From Oopsacas minuta (Eukaryota; Animalia; Porifera), in the NCBI GenBank assembly GCA_024704765.1, contig JAKMXF010000358.1, positions 1 through 64,000 on the forward strand: a DNA stretch of 64,000 nucleotides, given 5' to 3'. This document shows positions 61,290-64,000 of this stretch, one piece after another. The translations under genes were made by a program, and so were the position numbers. Below the pieces are notes generated by a model that saw nothing but the letters and a program-made list of their open reading frames with translations, was not told the DNA's origin and searched no databases. Each line of letters opens with the position of its first letter. The first letter of the stretch is position 1.

Positions 61290-63200
61290 GACTATTTCAG
61301 GGACTGCAAATCTTTCATCAAGCGCTTCAATGGCTCTGACAAAAGTGTCTGTATGGAGTTCATGAAAATATTCAGCGATTTGTTGAAATGAACATACTGA
61401 AATCCTACATGGCCATTTCTTATGTCGCACGAAAGTGATAGATTGTTCAGGCCTTGTATCGCCACATGTGTGAAATGTGCTAGACTGTAGACCTTTCTCA
61501 GCAGGCAGATAGAAAGTACGTTTTAAAATTCGTCATTTTGTTTGTGTAGGACAAACCTGCAGCTCTCTCGTCTCAGCTCCCATTGTCGATCAGATTACAG
61601 AACCACTGGAAAAGTGCACTATAGATTGTAAGGAACGAGTCTAGCACGGTCTTCTGAAAACCCAGCGAGTCGACAGAGAAACCGTAAACCAGGAAGATCT
61701 TCATCAATATCCTCCAATTGACAAAAAATTTTCTTCTCATTTTAGGAGATTAGAAACGTAATTCATCACGTCTTTTAGCACCTCTGTGGCATCTTTTAAG
61801 AAGTAGCTATCAAGAGAGTCCTGGATGGTTAAGTTGAGGCAGTGGCAACTACAATTACTCTAAATCGCCTTTGGAAATCAGTTAAGACTCTGCAGGGCCC
61901 CGATGGCCTGCCATCGTATCCCTGAGATCTCAACCTGGCTCTGTCGAGATTCAGGGCCAAAAGGGTTTTCTGAAGTTGGTCATACAAGGCAATATCGCTG
62001 GTGGATGGTGTCTCCACGAACCCCACAAATACTTCAATCGGTGTGAATTGATTGTCCACGTATCTAATACTGTAACTCGTTTGTTCTTTATTTTTTATAT
62101 CAGTAGTTTCGTCAATAATTACGCCGAATATCATTGGAATGACTCCCTTACGCAGAGTTGCACGCGGGCCAAGCCAAAACTTTCGCGGGCCTTGTGGGCC
62201 GGGCACAACACACCATGATTACGACCGATCTGAACTGTTTTTTATTGTCACGACTAGAGTACCAATTAGGGAATACGTAAGTAAATGAAACTAAGTAATG
62301 TAAGTCTTCACATTAATGCATCAGTTTTCAGAAACTCAGTTCCTGGTATGGATTCCTAATTTGACCCTCCACCTGACAATTAATTACAAACACATTAAAA
62401 TTTAGTATATATCATTTTGACTAATTATATATTAATACAAGTAAATAGCTAACTTTCATTTTAATATTTAAGCGTTTACATAGATTGTTTATTTAGAAGT
62501 TTTATGCGCGACGAAAAGATTTGTGCGGGCCTGAGTTACGAATTTTGGCCCGCGTGCACTCTGCCCTCACGTTATTTAGAATAGGTCTAAGAACATCATC
62601 ATGAAGCAACTGGAGGATTTCATTAAGTGAGTCTGCAAATAACCATGTCTGAGAACGCCTCAAACCCGTCCTCGTTTCTAGCGACCTTTCTGAGGATCTG
62701 TTTCAAGTTTCCTTCCTCGACATTATACCCATAGAGTTGTATGTTCTGCCTGGATAACGTGAGAATTGTGTTGATCACGCATTTAATCGCTACACGTCCC
62801 TGTATCCTCGGAATCTTTTTCGTTGCATATAGCTGCACATCTATTCCCTGAACTTTTCCCACAAATATCGTCTTTGCTTTGACTGCTTCGAGATGAGGAG
62901 CTGACGCCTCATGTTGGTGAAACACGTGTGACTTCTCAAGGGCAAGTCATTGAAGCCACTGACTGTGAGAGTGTCTCTAACTTTCTTGGTCGCATACGAT
63001 ACGGAATTAGAACCAATTATTGGGAATATTTTACGATTACATCAAAGTATAAATATATTGTCGGTATTTTTAAGATATTACACGGAAAGTTCATTACGAA
63101 TTTACAACTACCTCATCCATAAATTGTGCGGGTCGTACTCCTCCAACCTTGAAGTCTAGGGGGGTCGAACCTCGAAAAAAATGAAAGTTGGCGCCTATGA
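61290..63200 (-). mobile_element. Degraded hAT (ZMYM1/Tip100-like) transposase element
   Basis: TVSGFND and HQHEASAPH zinc-finger remnants; TILTLSRQNI...EGNLKQIL; IIDETTD; LRSQGYDG; STRWV; multiple stops and frameshifts. Confidence 0.85.
62153..62563. mobile_element. hAT MITE inserted into the hAT transposase frame
   Basis: TIR CAGAGT(T)GCACGCGGGCCAA; 8-bp TSD cccttacg/ccctcacg; the transposase frame (ILNNVR...GVIPMIFGVIIDETTD) resumes across it. Confidence 0.88.
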
Positions 63201-63413
63201 TCAGCCAATTCGATTTATATATTTTACACGATTCTATGTACAGTATATGGTTTATTGATTATTGCGATAAACACAGTAATATGACGTCTCGGGATTGGAT
63301 TTCCGCATACCATAATTCCTTCAACAATTGGGATTTGTAATAGTATATTAGTATTACTAGAATCTGTATTGAATTTATTTACTTTTAAGCTCTATAACAG
63401 GTTTAATACATAG

Positions 63414-64000
63414 ATGGCATGTAATGCAGAGAAAGAAGCAGAAAATCAACACGATGAGAGTATGGGTCCTATTCCCATAAGCAAGCTCGAATCTCGTGGT
63501 GTAAGTACAGGAGACATCAAAAGACTGCAAGAGGTAGGGTACCATACAATAGAGTCTGTTGCATTTGCACCCAAGAAGCAATTGATTGTGATCAAAGGGA
63601 TTAGTGAAGCGAAAGCAGACAAAATCTTGTCCGAAGCGAGTAAACTCATTCCTATGGGATTCACTACAGCCACAGAATATCATCTGAGACGAGCTGACAT
63701 TGTACAGCTGACAACTGGCAGCTCAGAGCTGGACAAGCTATTAAGTGGGGGAATTGAGACAGGATCCATCACAGAAATGTTTGGGGAGTTTCGAACTGGA
63801 AAAACACAGCTCTGTCACACACTAGCTGTCACTTGTCAGCTCCCCATAGACATGGGAGGTGGGGAAGGCAAGTGTCTCTACATCGACACAGAAGGTACAT
63901 TCCGTCCAGAGCGAATGCTGGCTGTGGCTGAGAGATACAAGATGTCTGGAAAAGATGTATTGGAGAATGTAGCGTATGCCAGAGCTTACAACACTGACCA
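63414..64000 (+). CDS. RAD51: RAD51 recombinase (5' part, runs off the window), intronless so far
   Basis: [53 protein letters not shown] and [12 protein letters not shown] motifs; not in the ORF track because the stop lies outside the window. Confidence 0.96.
   Translation, partial: MACNAEKEAENQHDESMGPIPISKLESRGVSTGDIKRLQEVGYHTIESVAFAPKKQLIVIKGISEAKADKILSEASKLIPMGFTTATEYHLRRADIVQLTTGSSELDKLLSGGIETGSITEMFGEFRTGKTQLCHTLAVTCQLPIDMGGGEGKCLYIDTEGTFRPERMLAVAERYKMSGKDVLENVAYARAYNTD

Noticed and set aside
2538-63683. Numerous short antisense or overlapping ORFs in the track (e.g. 2538-2897, 18695-18991, 59922-60209, 63375-63683)
   Set aside because: Shadows of real genes, transposases or repeats, with no independent motifs
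1-64000. tRNA, rRNA, snRNA or SL RNA genes and telomeric arrays
   Set aside because: No cloverleaf or T-loop consensus, U-snRNA 5' motifs or TTAGGG arrays seen by eye; a covariance-model scan (tRNAscan-SE, Infernal/Rfam) would be needed to exclude divergent ones

Overview
AT-rich eukaryotic (animal) nuclear DNA. The compact, largely intronless housekeeping genes and the expanded NHL-repeat family suggest an early-branching animal, plausibly a hexactinellid (glass) sponge; this is inference and not verified. The first ~28 kb is rich in transposons and pseudogenes: a decayed multi-exon gene whose first exon and intron are paralogous to the TLK gene 43 kb away, an intact DD37E Tc1/mariner, an orphan intronless 537-codon acidic ORF whose 3' end is duplicated upstream, a liprin-alpha/Argonaute fragment mosaic, an intact Chapaev3 transposon, several NHL-repeat genes or fragments and an eIF3a fragment. 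Three single-N joins (4138, 12928, 16032) make adjacency in the first 16 kb unreliable. From ~24.8 kb the window carries conserved genes: NEK4 (2 frameshifts), RAD9, TMEM184, probable TMEM249, BTG, PCGF (1 frameshift), an AprA/PqaA-family secreted hydrolase, a 5-exon TLK with a same-strand MATE transporter gene nested in intron 3, and the 5' part of RAD51. Many MITEs and foldback elements, a second (frameshifted) DD37E element and a degraded hAT are also present. I found no rRNA, tRNA, recognisable snRNA, CRISPR or prokaryotic features.
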